Below the pieces are notes generated by a model. That model saw only the letters and a list, made by a program, of their open reading frames with translations. It had not been told where the DNA came from and ran no database searches. DNA of 64,000 bases from Camelus dromedarius (Eukaryota). Both the position numbers and the translations under genes were made by a program. Position 1 is the first letter of the stretch. Each line of letters begins with the position of its first letter. The DNA is taken from contig NC_087436.1 in the NCBI RefSeq assembly GCF_036321535.1, positions 112,470,001 to 112,534,000 on the forward strand, read 5' to 3'. Shown here one piece after another: positions 39,509 to 51,520 of the stretch.

Positions 39509-40026
39509 CAGGCATACATCGTTTTATTGTGCCTCGCAGATACTGCATTTTTTACAAATTGAAGGTTTGGGCCGTGCAACAAGTGAGTCTATCAGCATCA
39601 TTTTTCCAACAGTATTTGCTCACTTCATGTCTCTGTGTCACATTTTGGTAATTCTCAAAATATTTCAAACCCTTCACCAAAAAGATTATGACTTGCTGAA
39701 GGCTCAGATGATGGTTAGCATTTTCTAGCAATAAAATATTTTTTAATTAAGGTATGCACATTTTTTCATTTTTTTACTGAGGTATAGTCAGTTGACAGTG
39801 TGTCAATTTCTAGCATACATCATGTTTCAGTCATACATATGCATACAATCTTTTTTTTAATACACTGCTATTGCACACTTAGTAGAATACAGTATAAAAT
39901 AAACATAACTTTTAGATTTACTGGGAAACCAAAAAATGTGTGCCTCGCTTTATTGAGGGACTGGCTTCATTGCGGCGATCCAGCACTGAAACTGCAGAAA
40001 AAGAATCTCCGAAGCACAGGCATACT
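39509..40026 (+). mobile_element. Tigger1 internal-deletion derivative with a nested short L1 3' end (~39765-39850)
   Basis: CAGGCATACATCGTTTTATTG start; gctgaaggctcagatgatggttagcatt; gggaaaccaaaaaatgtgtg...aatctccgaag end; nested ttttactgaggtatagtcagttgacagtgtgtcaatttct. Confidence 0.85.
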
Positions 40027-40517
40027 TTGTAAACAACAAAGTGTTACATAACTTGCCCAAGATCACAGAGGTAGCACATTATCAGAGCAGGAAGTTAAAC
40101 CCCTCCCCTAACTATAAAACCCGTGCTTTCAACTTCTGTGCTCTCTGCTGCTGTGAAAGGAGGGAGAAGCAGAGGCAGAGAGACCCCTTCAGCAGGCAAC
40201 TGCGGTCCTCCACACCAGAGGAGCAGGAGGTAAGGGATGGGGAGTGTGGTGACCTTGTGATGTTGGATGTCTAGGATGTTGACCCCTCTAGGAAGTCCGA
40301 GGAGGGCTAGCTGGCTGAGCGGTGTTGGGTCAGGGACTTCTGTGTGACACTGCAAACCTCAGTCTGCTCATCTGTAAATCGGGCTTGATCATCTTCTCAG
40401 GGTTGTTTGGAGGAGCAAAGAAGATAATGCATCTAAAACTAAATGTGTAAATGATAAAGCGCTATACAAACCTAAGCTGTGCCACCCATCATTCCCCAAG
40501 GCCCCACAGCCCGGATG

Positions 40518-40697
40518 AGTGGTCCTCAAAGTCTGGCCCCAGACCAGCTGCATCCCATCACCTGGGAACATGTTAGAAATGCAGATTCTTGGCCCCTTCC
40601 CAGCCCTGCTGAATCCAAAACTCTGGGAGAGGGGCCCGACAATCTTTTTACGGCCCTCCAGGTGATGGGCATGCACGTTCAAGTTTGAGGCCCCCTG
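40518..40697 (+). mobile_element. MER5A-like hAT-Charlie MITE
   Basis: agtggtcctcaaagtctggccccagaccagc...acctgggaacatgttagaaatgcagattct...caagtttgaggccccctg. Confidence 0.8.
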
Positions 40698-41879
40698 GCC
40701 AAGAGCCATCCCCCGTCTAGGATCTGGAACTCAGAAGTTTGGCGCCAAAAACAACTCCATCTGCTTTTCCCAAAGTAAAGACTGAAGAGCCTTAAAATAG
40801 GATTTGGGGAAGGACGCGGGGGTGGAGGGAGCCCCGCCCACCCCGGGGAGCCCCACCCACCCACCCACCCCTGCCATCGAGAGCGGGGCGGGGGAGGATC
40901 CGTGGGCTGAGGTGGTGGCCCCCAATGAGCAAATCATGGGAAGCCCAGGCACCTGCTACATTCTTTATCCTCCAGCAGGAGGTCTTAACTCCTCTGCAGA
41001 GCTCAGGGCTGCTGCAGGAGGTGGGGAGGGTGCAGGGGTGCAGGGGCCCAGGAACAAGGGAGTTGGGATACCAGGGCCAGGGGGCACAGTGGATCAGGAG
41101 AGAAGGGGAGTGGCTCGGGTGAGGGATGCTGGGGAGTGGCAGGGATTCAGGGACCAGGGGAGGGTCTAGGGGGGTCAGGTGTGCAGACCTGACCGAGGAT
41201 CCCCAAGGGGTCACAGGGAGTCTGCATTGCAGAGGGTCTGGGGCACAGCGGGGTTCAGCGGACACCCCCACTTGAAAGGAAGCTGCACTTGCATCATTTC
41301 TCCTCCGGGGGCTGCTCCAGGAGGGCTCCTCTCCTGGACGCCCTGCCAGCTCCTCGCAATCTGGCCATTCTAAAGGCGACTCCAGGCACAGCGAAGACAG
41401 GAGTCTGTTCTGATGGGTGGTGCTAGGATTTGGATTGTGAAATATTTTCCAGATCACTCTGGGTCCTGAACAAAATTTTATCTGATAAAACATTTTTCCT
41501 GCTTTAGAACAATTGAAAACCATTCTATTCCTACCCAAGCCACCTCTCTACGTCCAAGGACCCTGACTGGGCCCACACTTGATTTTGACCCGCAAGTGTT
41601 TTCAGTTGGGACCATCAAAAGGTGTTTTAAAAATCAGACAATTCGGCATAAAAATATAATTTCTGGTTTTTAACTTGCTCTAGTCCCACCCCCAACTCTC
41701 TAGTTCAGCAGTAGCCTTGAAAAATAACAGTCTGCCTTCCCAGTACCGGATGGAGCAGAACAGACCTGGAATTCTTTCCAAACGTCATTCCCAAAGAATT
41801 ATCATTGTGTGACCTGTGCAGTAGTTCCCTGGAAGACCCACTCAGAATGTTTGTCTTTGTTTAAACTGATTCAAAGTTC

Positions 41880-42585
41880 ATCCAGTGTAAAAGTCTCTCC
41901 CACCAGGATGGCCATAATAAAAACAAATCAATTTTAAAATAACAGGTGTTGGCAGGGATGTAGAGAAATTAGAACCCTCACATGTTGCTGGTGGGAATGA
42001 GAAATGGTGCCGGCGCTGTGAAAAAGTTGAGCAGTTTTCCAAAATGTTAAACAGAGTTACTGTACGATGCAGCCGTTCTCCTGGATGTAAACCCAAGAGA
42101 AATGAAAACATATGTCTGCATGAAAATTTGTACATGAATTTTCATAGCAGCATGATTCATAATAGCCAAAAAGTGGAAACAACCATGTGGTCCATCAACA
42201 TTAAATGGAGAAGCAAAATTCCATACAATGGAATATCATCCGGCTACAAAAAGAAACGAAGCTACAACATAGATGAACCTTAAAAACATCACGCTAAGTG
42301 CAAGAAACCATACACAAAGCCCTCGTGTTGTAGGATTCCATTTATATGAAATGTCTGGAATTGGCACATCTGTAGAGACAGAAATTACATTATTGGTTCC
42401 CAGGGCTCGGGGGAAGGGGAAGGAAGGGTGTGACTCCTTAATGGGTATGGAGTGTCTCTTAGGGGTAACATTCTGAAGTTCGATAGTTGTACCATCTTGT
42501 AAATATAATAGAAGCTACTGTATTTTACACTTTTAAATGGTGGATTTTATGGTACGTAAATTATATCTTAAAAAATTTTATTAAT
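41880..42585 (+). mobile_element. Old L1 (L1MB/L1MC-type) ORF2 end and 3' UTR
   Basis: tgttggcagggatgtagagaaattagaaccctcacatgttgctggtgggaatg...aatagccaaaaagtggaaacaacc...ttttatggtacgtaaattatatct. Confidence 0.85.
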
Positions 42586-43339
42586 TAGCAAATGTACAAG
42601 GAGGACTTTGCTGTGATGTTTGTTGTCTTACAGACCAAATTTCAGCTCCAAATTGCACTTTTGATACTGGCCTCCTGTAGTTGATGTGTGTTCTGCCCTT
42701 TCGCAGTAGAGAGCATAGAGCATAGATATTTACTCTGGATTTGACTGGAGAGAAAATAAGATCAGAGACTGGTTTTAAACCATCCCAGGAGCTGGCCCTC
42801 TGACGAGCTGTTGTCAGCTTGCTCGTGGTGGAACTTCACTGCTCCTGTACTTGGACTTGGAGGAGTTAGTAAGGGAACACCTTGAAAGTCTAAAAATAAA
42901 AGTCAGTTAAAAAATATTGGAAATTGACAAGTTACAATAAAAAAAGCATGAAATGTGAAAACAGTTGGAAATTCTGTAATGACTGGGATATTGCTAAACA
43001 AATCAGTAAGGAAAAAGCCCAGTGGAAGAGGAAAAATGTATATACAAAGTTGATTCTTGAGAAAATCAATGGATGAGCCAATCAACAAAAATATACCATC
43101 TCTCAAGTAACTTAAAGATTACAAATGGAAACAAGAACAGGAAGTCATTTTTTGCCTCTCAAGTTAACACACAGTTTACAAAGAACCGTAAAACCAGTGC
43201 TGATGAGCATCGTGAGTATTTTCCTGCATTTTTGGTGGGAACTACAAATTATGATTAATTCTCTGGAGGACTATTTGACAGAAGGTATCAGAAGAATGAA
43301 AAGTTACAGAAATGAAATCAGTATGTTCAAGCGTCAGAA

Positions 43340-43580
43340 ACAACAGCTCAAGCTCTGGAATCAGATAAACCTAAGTTTGATTGCAGCTTTGCTGTTTACT
43401 AGCTGTGTCACTTTGGACAAGTCATTTAATATCTCCAAACCTCTGACACTGTAGCTGTAAAATGGAATTAATTATGGTACCTGCTTCCCAAGTTTCTCTG
43501 AGCATTTGTTTATCAAGACGTTTGTAAAGCACTTGGTCGGTCACTGGCCGTTACTAAGCACTCAACAAATAGTCACTGTT
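43340..43580 (+). mobile_element. MIR remnant
   Basis: gctctggaatcagataaacctaagtttg...tactagctgtgtcactttggacaagtcatttaatatctc...taagcactcaacaaat. Confidence 0.7.
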
Positions 43581-43883
43581 TTATTGTCATTAAGAATCTA
43601 TTCAAAGAACGTGTGCTGTTTACCAGTATTCTTTATACTAATGCAAATTAAAAGGATGCCTTAAAATGTGGAATGTTTAAATAAATCATCATTCATCTAC
43701 ATAATGGATTTCCACACAGATATTTAAAGTGTAATAAAATCTTTACTGACGTAGAAGAATGTTTACAGTATATTGCTAAGTGAACAAAAACATGCGAAAA
43801 TACTAGAACATGAAACTATAAAAAGTCTTTACAAAGACTTCAATTACATAATTTAAACTGTTGAATGATCATGTGTGTGATCA

Positions 43884-44332
43884 TGTCAGAGAAAAGGTTC
43901 TTGCTTTGTGCAGGAAAGAATTTAAGAGCAAGACATAGTAAAATGAAAGCAAATTTATTTAGAGAGATACACACTCCATAGGCAGAGTGCAGGCTGTCTC
44001 AGAAGGCAAGAGTGAGCGACCAAGAGGTGCAGAGCTGATGGGTTTTACAGGCTCAGTAATTTCATATGCTAATGAGTAGGAGGATTATTCCAATTCTTTG
44101 CCGGGGGGGGGGGGGGGGGGGGGCAGGGATTTCCATGAACTGGGCCCTGCCTACTTCTTGACCTTTTATGGTCAGCCTAGGAACTGTCATGGCACCTGTG
44201 GTTATGCCATGAGGCTCAAGTTCTCCTCGAAGTAGAATCTTCCACCATCTTGGTCCTAACCAGTTTGTCCTGTCCTCAATTACTGTGTCATTCCTTCAGC
44301 GGTAGTGCCCTGCCCGCTTCCCTCCTGTTTCA
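43884..44332 (-). mobile_element. ERV1-type solo LTR containing a G21 run
   Basis: TG...CA ends with perfect TSD ATCA (43880-43883, 44333-44336); tttatt near the left end (minus-strand poly(A) signal). Confidence 0.85.
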
Positions 44333-44359
44333 ATCAGATTCTAAGTGATTTTTTTCCTT

Positions 44360-45570
44360 TAAGTGATTTTATTTTTTGGATAGGCCTTGTTTTTTAAGGC
44401 CAGTTTAAGTTCACATCAAAACTGAGTTCCCATATGCACCCTGGCCCCTGACCCGCACAACCTCTGCCCCACTATCAACCTCCCCCAGTGAGTGGTACAT
44501 TTGCTGCAATGGATGAGCCCACATGGACATGGACACATCATGCCTACCCGAAATCCATAGTGTTCATGAGGGTTCAACCACTGATCTTCTTACTGTCTTC
44601 ATAATCTTGCCTTTTCCAGAAAGTCAGATTGTTGGAATCATACACTCTGCAGCCTTCTCAGAATGGTTTCTTTCACTTAGTAAAATGCATTGAAGTTTTC
44701 TCCTTCAGGTCTTTCTATGCCTTGATGGCTCACTTCCTTTTAGCACTGAATAATATTTCATTATCTGGATGGAACACAGTTTATTTATCCATTCACCTAC
44801 TGTGAGACGTTTTGGTTGCTTCCATATTTTGGCAGTTACGAATAAAGCTGCTAGACAGGTTTTTGTGTAGACATAATTTTTCATGACTAATTTTTATAAC
44901 AGATTTATTGAGATATAATTCACATATCATAAAATCTACCCATTTAAGGAATAGGATTCAATGATTTCGAGTATATTTATAGAGTCATGCAACCGTTACC
45001 ACAATCAATTTTAGAACATTTTTGTAACTACACAAGAAACCCCATACCTATTAGTAGTCACTCCGCATCTCATCCACCCTGGCCTCAGGCAACCATTAAT
45101 ATACTTTCTGTCTATAGATTTGCCAGTTCTGGATATTTCTTACAATGTATGGTCTTTTGTGACTTCTTTCACGTAGCATAATATTTTCAAGGTGCATCAT
45201 GTTGAAGCATGTATCAGTACTTCATTCCTTTTTATTGCTTTAATGAATATTCTTCATTGTATGGATAGACCACATTTTCCTTATTCATCAGTTGATGGAC
45301 ATTTGGGTTGATTTCACTTTTTTTGGCCACTGTGAATAATTCTGCTATGAACATTCACTGGCAAGCTCTTATGTGGACATATGTTGTCATGTCTCTTGGG
45401 TACATCCCTGGGAGTGGAATCGCTGGGCCATCTCTAACCTTTTGAGAAACTGTGAGATTGTTTGGCAAAGCAGCTGAACTAAACGCCAGCGAGGCATGAG
45501 GGCGCTAATCGCCCTACATCCTTACAGAGCCTGCTGTTATCTTTTTCAATAGAACCATCCTTGTCAGTGT
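44360..45570 (-). mobile_element. Two adjacent old L1 3' fragments
   Basis: Typical antisense L1M 3' text (ttatttatccattcacctactg; tttattgagatataattcacatatcataaaat...ttcatcagttgatggacatttgggttg). Confidence 0.8.
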
Positions 45571-46491
45571 AGTGACTTTTTTTCAAAGACATTTTATCCA
45601 TTTCTCTGTTTTATGATGAATGACTATCATTTTTGTAATTGTGAGGGACGTGTTATATAAATAACCCATAAAAGTAAAAACCCCTCCGGGTGGGACTGCC
45701 GTGAGCGGCAGCGCCAGGGAGTGCGGCTCCAGTCTGGGACATTGGGTGGGGCAAGCCAGACTGAAAGAGGCAACATTGGCCTGTTGGGGGCACTTGGGGG
45801 GGCGCTGTGATCTGCTGCCCCGGGCGTCTCCTGAGGCCCCAGCCTCTGACCCATTCCCTCATTTCGTTTCCACAACTCCAGGAAATGTCTTCAGGGACTG
45901 GCCCTCCCTGGCTGGATTTGGGGTTTGCCTCCTCATCACCCCAGTTTGGGGCTCACCTCACTGCTGCTTACCTGGTTGGCAGCGGGCAACACTGCTCATA
46001 TGGAAGCGCTCCTGGGATATTTCAGGAAGATGCGGGAACTGATTTTGTTAAGTTCCTCTCATGGGCACATCACCCCCAGCAAAGCCAAAGCCCTCAATGG
46101 AAAGCCGAGGCTCAGAATGACTCCCTTGTCCCCAATAAGCCGAGGTTCAGTTTCACGTGGTGCATCTAAGTGATGCCAAGTACACTCGTGAGATCTGAAC
46201 TGTGCTCCTGGGAGTATTGTATTAGTGGACAAATGACAGGAACTTTTTCCCTTTTTGAGTGCAAACCTAGTGACTTGGTCATTGTGCACCCTCGTTACAG
46301 AATTCAAAACAAGGATAAGAATGACCGCCGTCACTGTGAACCAAGGACTTACTGCCTTTGACGCTGCAAGCAGCTGACATACCCTCTCACCTCAGTGCCT
46401 TCCTTGTGGCTTGTTTCCTCACCTTCCAGAAAATTGCAGAAGCCATTTCTCATCCAGTCAGTCAGTTCTACAGTAATTAAGAAATCATTCT

Positions 46492-47030
46492 TGTATTAAT
46501 CAAGTGTTTTTATTCTGTATTTTTGATGCTTTGACACCTTGGGGTCTTGCTGACCCCGGAGGGGCCGCCCCTCCAAGGTAGCTAATTCCCAGAGACAGCC
46601 AATGGCTGGGCTGCGCACAGGTGTTTCCTGTGCAAACCGACCAATCCAGAGCCCACACCCCCAGCCACCTCCCCTAAGGCTCTCACCCTCTGAGCCACTA
46701 TCCACCTGGCTTCGTCACCCCCAGGCCAGGCACCAGACACCCAGGCGCAGCATCCACGGCCCAGCGTCTGCTGAAATTATTCCCACCGGCCAGTTGCACG
46801 CCAGCTTACCCTGCAGCAAGCTCCTTCCCCTGGAAACCTTCCTAAAGGCGCTTGCCCGTGTTTTCCCCTCACTCCCTCTGCCTCCAGCGGATCACGGTGC
46901 TGCCCCACGTGGCCCTACCTACTGAGCAAGGCCTCCTGTTTCCAGGGATCTGCGAGAATAACACACTTCTTCCTTCACAACAGTTACTGCCTCACTTGTA
47001 CGGCATGCCATGCCAGTTACAACAAACCCT
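46492..47030 (+). mobile_element. MER74-like ERVL LTR
   Basis: TGTATTAATC...tgatgctttgacaccttggggtcttgctgacccc...gcaaaccgaccaatccagagcccacacc matches the recalled MER74 start. Confidence 0.7.
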
Positions 47031-48116
47031 CACCCCTCTCCAAACCCTCCTGGAGACCCAGTCTAGAGCCCCTCCGGTCCGTGCTCCCCAGCAGCCTGCA
47101 GATGACTTCGTAAGCTCCTAACTCCCTGTACTAACTCTCTTTTTCCCTGGAAACCACTAGAGGGTTTTGTTTCCTGCGGTTAACCCTGATGCTAAAGCCT
47201 CTAACCCCAGGCTGCACAGGTGGCCGGGAACAAAGACCCCACCGTCTGTCTGCCTCGAGCACCCATGCCCTCGACCAGGAAGCCCTGCTTTATTTACACC
47301 GGTGTTTGTGTCACCACCTACCTTCTCAAGGGGTTTTCCTCTCTCTTGAAAGCACTTCCCCAACCACAGAATGTTGCACTGGCCCTTAGGTGACCTTCGT
47401 GGGCCAGCCTCCAGCTAAAGCTGTTGCCTGAGCAGGTGTTTTCCAATTCCTTAATCTGGATCATTTCCCGGCAGTGACCTGGGCTCCAGGTTAGGTTCTG
47501 ATCTCTGGAGAAGAGGACTCGAAGGTGTCTATGAAGCCGAACTGAGTGTTCCTCCCATTTTGGAAAAGAACAAGGAATGACAGGGAATCCAGGAAAACTT
47601 CCTGCCGCCACTCAAGTCTTCAGAGAGGCGCTCTGGCTCCTGCTGAGGCTTGTGGGGGGGGGGGGTATTTCAAGTCAGAGCCCATCAGTCACTTCCACCC
47701 GCATGTTTCCTGCAAGTTCCTGCCCAATCTTGGCTCGTGGAGGCAACATCTCACATTATATAGGTGGATGGATCCCATAGCTTGTTCAGGTCATTTTCAG
47801 ATAGTGAAAATACTCCAGTCTGGTCTAAGCCACATCTTTCTTCTTCTTTTTATCATCTCATATCCTACTGAAGCGGCGCTCTTCCCCCAGTTCAGGCAGA
47901 ACAGCAGCAGGAGGGGGGGCGATGGTGTGTCCTTCGGGGCATATTTTTCCTCCCCCTCCCCCCTCTGCCTTGCTGTGGCTGGTGCCTCCGGAGCTGGAGG
48001 AGAAGGGTGGGCAAAGGGAGAGGAGATGCGAAGATAAGGGGGTTCTGTTGAATTCCTGTTGGAATAGCTGACGACTGGAATGTGCTAGGTGGTGGATGCT
48101 CAAAGGTTGGTCCTCA

Positions 48117-48560
48117 CGTTAATTTCCTAGGGCTGCCATAGTAACGTGCCACAATCTGAGGGGCTTACATGAACAGAAATGTATTCTCTCACCCTCTGGA
48201 GGCCAGAAATCCAAAATCAAGATGTTGGCAGAGCCACGCTTCCTCTGAAGCCCCAAGGGAGGCTCCTTACTGGCTTCCTCCAGCTCCGGTTGGCGCCAGA
48301 CTTCCTAGGCTCATGGCTGCATCAGTGCCGCTGTGCCTCCGTCTTCACATGGCCTCCTCCTCTCTGTGCCCGTGTCCAGACTTCCCTCTGCTTATAAGGA
48401 CACCAGTCACAGTGGAGTAGGAGCCCACCCGACTCCGGTGGGACCTCACCTTAACCAGTTACATTAGCTGCAACCCCCATTCCCAAATAAAGCCACACTC
48501 ACAGGTCCTGGGGGTTCAGATGCCAACGTGTTTGTGGTGGGTGGAGGCAATTCATCCCGA
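48117..48560 (-). mobile_element. MLT1C-like MaLR LTR
   Basis: ttaatttcctagggctgccatagtaac...tctggaggccagaaatccaaaatcaagatgttggcag...cttataaggacaccagtca. Confidence 0.82.
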
Positions 48561-49867
48561 ATGGCCCTCTTTCTCCTCTGTCTTTGGTGAGGTGCTCCTG
48601 TGGGCTCCTCAGGGATATCACCCTCTCCTCACAACCACCCTCATCACCACCTGGAGCCTCCTGGCCTGGGAGGTCCCTCCTTGTCTGACCTCTCCCAGCT
48701 TCTCTTCATCTCTGGCCCCAGGGCTTCACACTGCAGGTCCCCCTGCCCAGCAGCAAGCAGGATTTTTTCCAGGAAAGTTCTAATCTGGTTCCTTCCTTGG
48801 CCCCCTTGGTCCCTGGCTGCCACTCCCCCTTGTGCATCCAGGAGGGCTCCCAGAGAGCAGTGCCGTTTACCTGTGGCCTCGGCAGTTCAGAGGCCACACC
48901 TGCCTGCAGCAGGGTCGCTGCTCTCCTCTGGTCTGGCCATGCCGGGCCGCACCGCAGCAGCTCAGGACACGCTCAGCACCAAGTCAGACGCCAGAGTGGC
49001 CTGGCTGCCCTTCTCACCCCTCCCAGATTCCTCCTCCTGCACCCGCTCTGGTCTGGGATGGTGAGCCCACCTTCCCCTCTTTCCTCTGAAGTGGAGGAGC
49101 AGCACCGTAGCATCCTCCACGTCTGTGTAGGTGCTTTAGCCTTCTCTGGTCCATCACCTCCGAATTTCTCGTCTTCTCTCATGTATGAGGAGGGTGGCGA
49201 GCCCAGGTCACAGGATTTGGCAGATTCAGGCATCCCGGGGAGGGGGGGTGTTCTAACACTTCTTTTCAGAATGTGCGAAACCCGTTGTCTTCGGTTCTGG
49301 GGGACTCGGGAAAACTCAGTGGACCAGACCAGTCTCATTTAGCATCCTGGATGATGCAGTGCCTGGTTCATAGTGATGCTCAGTAAATAACTGGCTTGGA
49401 AGTCCAGATTCCAGTGCCTGTGGTTCTGATGCTCTGTCATTTCATTTCATACTACATTTGCAGCCATGAGACTTCAGGAAACACTGTGGTCCTCCAAAGA
49501 ATGTTCTACTAAAGACAAACTTCCAAGTTTTGACTCTTTCCACATCTATTGCCACTGAACTTCGATAGATGGGGACTTGTACACAAGTACGTGATATGAG
49601 CAATCACAACCCTCTTCATTCAACTGTGTCCTCCAAGAAGGCTCTCCATCCACTTTATCTTACAGGGAACACCCCTACCCAGACAGTCTCTGCCCCTTTT
49701 CCCTTTCTAAGTGTGCTTCAGAGCAGTTCTGACTGCCTGAAATTAAATTAACTTATGGTTTGTTGTTTGTCTCTTCCGACTGGAATATAAGCATCCTTCA
49801 GCTCGCCGTTGTCTGCCAGGTCTCCCGCAGCGTCCAGGGTTCAGAAGAGGGTCTAGCACGTGGGAGG

Positions 49868-50306
49868 TGGAGTGGCTTGAAGGGCGCCCCCCCACCAAAA
49901 GATGTGCCCACTGGAAACTGTATGTGACCTTATTTGGGGAAAAGTTCTTTGCTGATACAATTAAGTATCTTAGGATGACATCATCCTGAATTAAGGTGAG
50001 CCCTAAAAACAATGACAAGTGTCCTTACAAGGGAAGAAAAGGAAAGGAGACACAGACAAGAAGGCCATGTGAAGAGGGAGGCAGAGTTTGGAGGGATGTG
50101 ACCACAAGCCAAGGGATGCCTGGAGCCACTGGAAGCCAGAAGAGCTAGGGAAGGGTCCATCCCTAGAGACTTCAAAGGGAGTGCAGCCCTGACAACACCC
50201 TGATTTTGGCCTTCTTGCCTCCAGAACAGTACAAGAATAATCTCCTGGTATTTCAAGTCACCAAATTTGTGGCAATTTATTATGGTCGCCCTGGGAAACT
50301 CATACA
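49868..50306 (+). mobile_element. MLT1C-like MaLR LTR
   Basis: tgtgaccttatttggg...ggccatgtgaagagggaggcagag...gcctccagaac...tttgtggcaatttattatggtcgccctgggaaactcataca. Confidence 0.85.
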
Positions 50307-50332
50307 GTGGACATGCAGTAAATGTCTGCTCA

Positions 50333-50362
50333 ATGAATGAATGAATGAATGAATGAATGAAT
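50333..50362 (+). repeat. (GAAT)n microsatellite from an L2 3' end
   Basis: atgaatgaatgaat... preceded by cagtaaatgtctgctc. Confidence 0.85.
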
Positions 50363-51520
50363 GCCATCCACAGCAGCAGTGTTCAGCCCCTCTCTATGGG
50401 GTCCTGGAGAGCCCATTGCGTCAAGGCATCGCCCCAGAGGAGGAGCAGGTGTCAGGACCATTGGGTGTAAGTCCCAGCTCTGCTGATAAGTGTCAGTTCC
50501 ACTCCTGGCCTCAGTCTCCCTGGTTGGAGAGACGATCCCTGAGGTTCTGGGGTCTCCATGACCGAACAGGAGTGCTGCAGAGACAAAGAAGTCTCTCTCT
50601 GAGCAGCTCTTTCCAGGCAGCCCTGCACGCACCGGGTCTGAGACCGCAGCTGGCAGAGGGCCCCGGGAGTCCCTCCAGAACAGGGCACGGGCTGCGTGCC
50701 CAGCAGTGGCAGCTGCTGTGTGTCTGTGTCTGCCTGCCCTCGGGGCCTTTGGTTACCTTAGCGATCATCTCTCTCCCAGGCTGCCCGGGGCAGATGGGAT
50801 CAGCTGGCGGTAGGGCTAAGGGAGAACTGTCCCCTGGCTGTGAGACAACATGGGTGCATCATGAAGGGCTTAACCTCTAGCTCAGGGTGGAGGACAAGTG
50901 GTTTAGGAAATTCACAACAGCGCTTTAAAGGCTTGTTTTCCATTTAGTGGCTGCGGGGAAGCCCCCTGGTATCGACGTGTCTCCTAGGAAGTCTGGCTGG
51001 TTTCCCCAACACAGAGAAGGAAGACTATTTTTGGAAACTTGTAATGGTCTACAGAAATTTATCCACAAACCCGGCCTCTGTATTCTCCCGAGAGTCCAGT
51101 TGGATGGCCAAGTTGCATGGTTCGTTTCAGCAGGCTTACATGGGTTTAAAAAAATTCGGAACTCGATATATTTGCGCTGAAGTTCAGCTGAACTCAATCT
51201 TCTGACCTTTCCAATGACTGATTCTCTGCGCAGCTGCTGCCCCTCGGAGGGATGGCAGCCCCTGGCAGCCGGGCGGAGCCAAGATGACCCTGGCTGAGGT
51301 CCCAGGACACGCAAGCACTAGAGCAGCCTGTGTGACTTTGTAGAAGTTCGTACATCTCTCTGGGCCTCAGCTGCCCATTTGGGAAATAGGACTCACAGTG
51401 TCCCTGTGCCCACCTCGGGAGGTGTGGAGAAGGTCCAGCAGCCAGGCACTTCAGAAGACTTCCTAAGAAAGGGCTCGGGGCACCCAGGGAGATGGCTGGT
51501 GAAGCCAGAGGAGGGGGAGG

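Noticed and set aside
40792..41538. Longest ORF (248 aa, minus strand)
   Set aside because: Pro/Ser-rich translation of G/C-skewed low-complexity DNA; non-ATG start, no recognisable domain or exon structure.
47500..51300. Several 150-180 aa ORFs
   Set aside because: They overlap MLT1 LTRs or GC-rich intergenic DNA, several lack an ATG start, and none has a domain signature.
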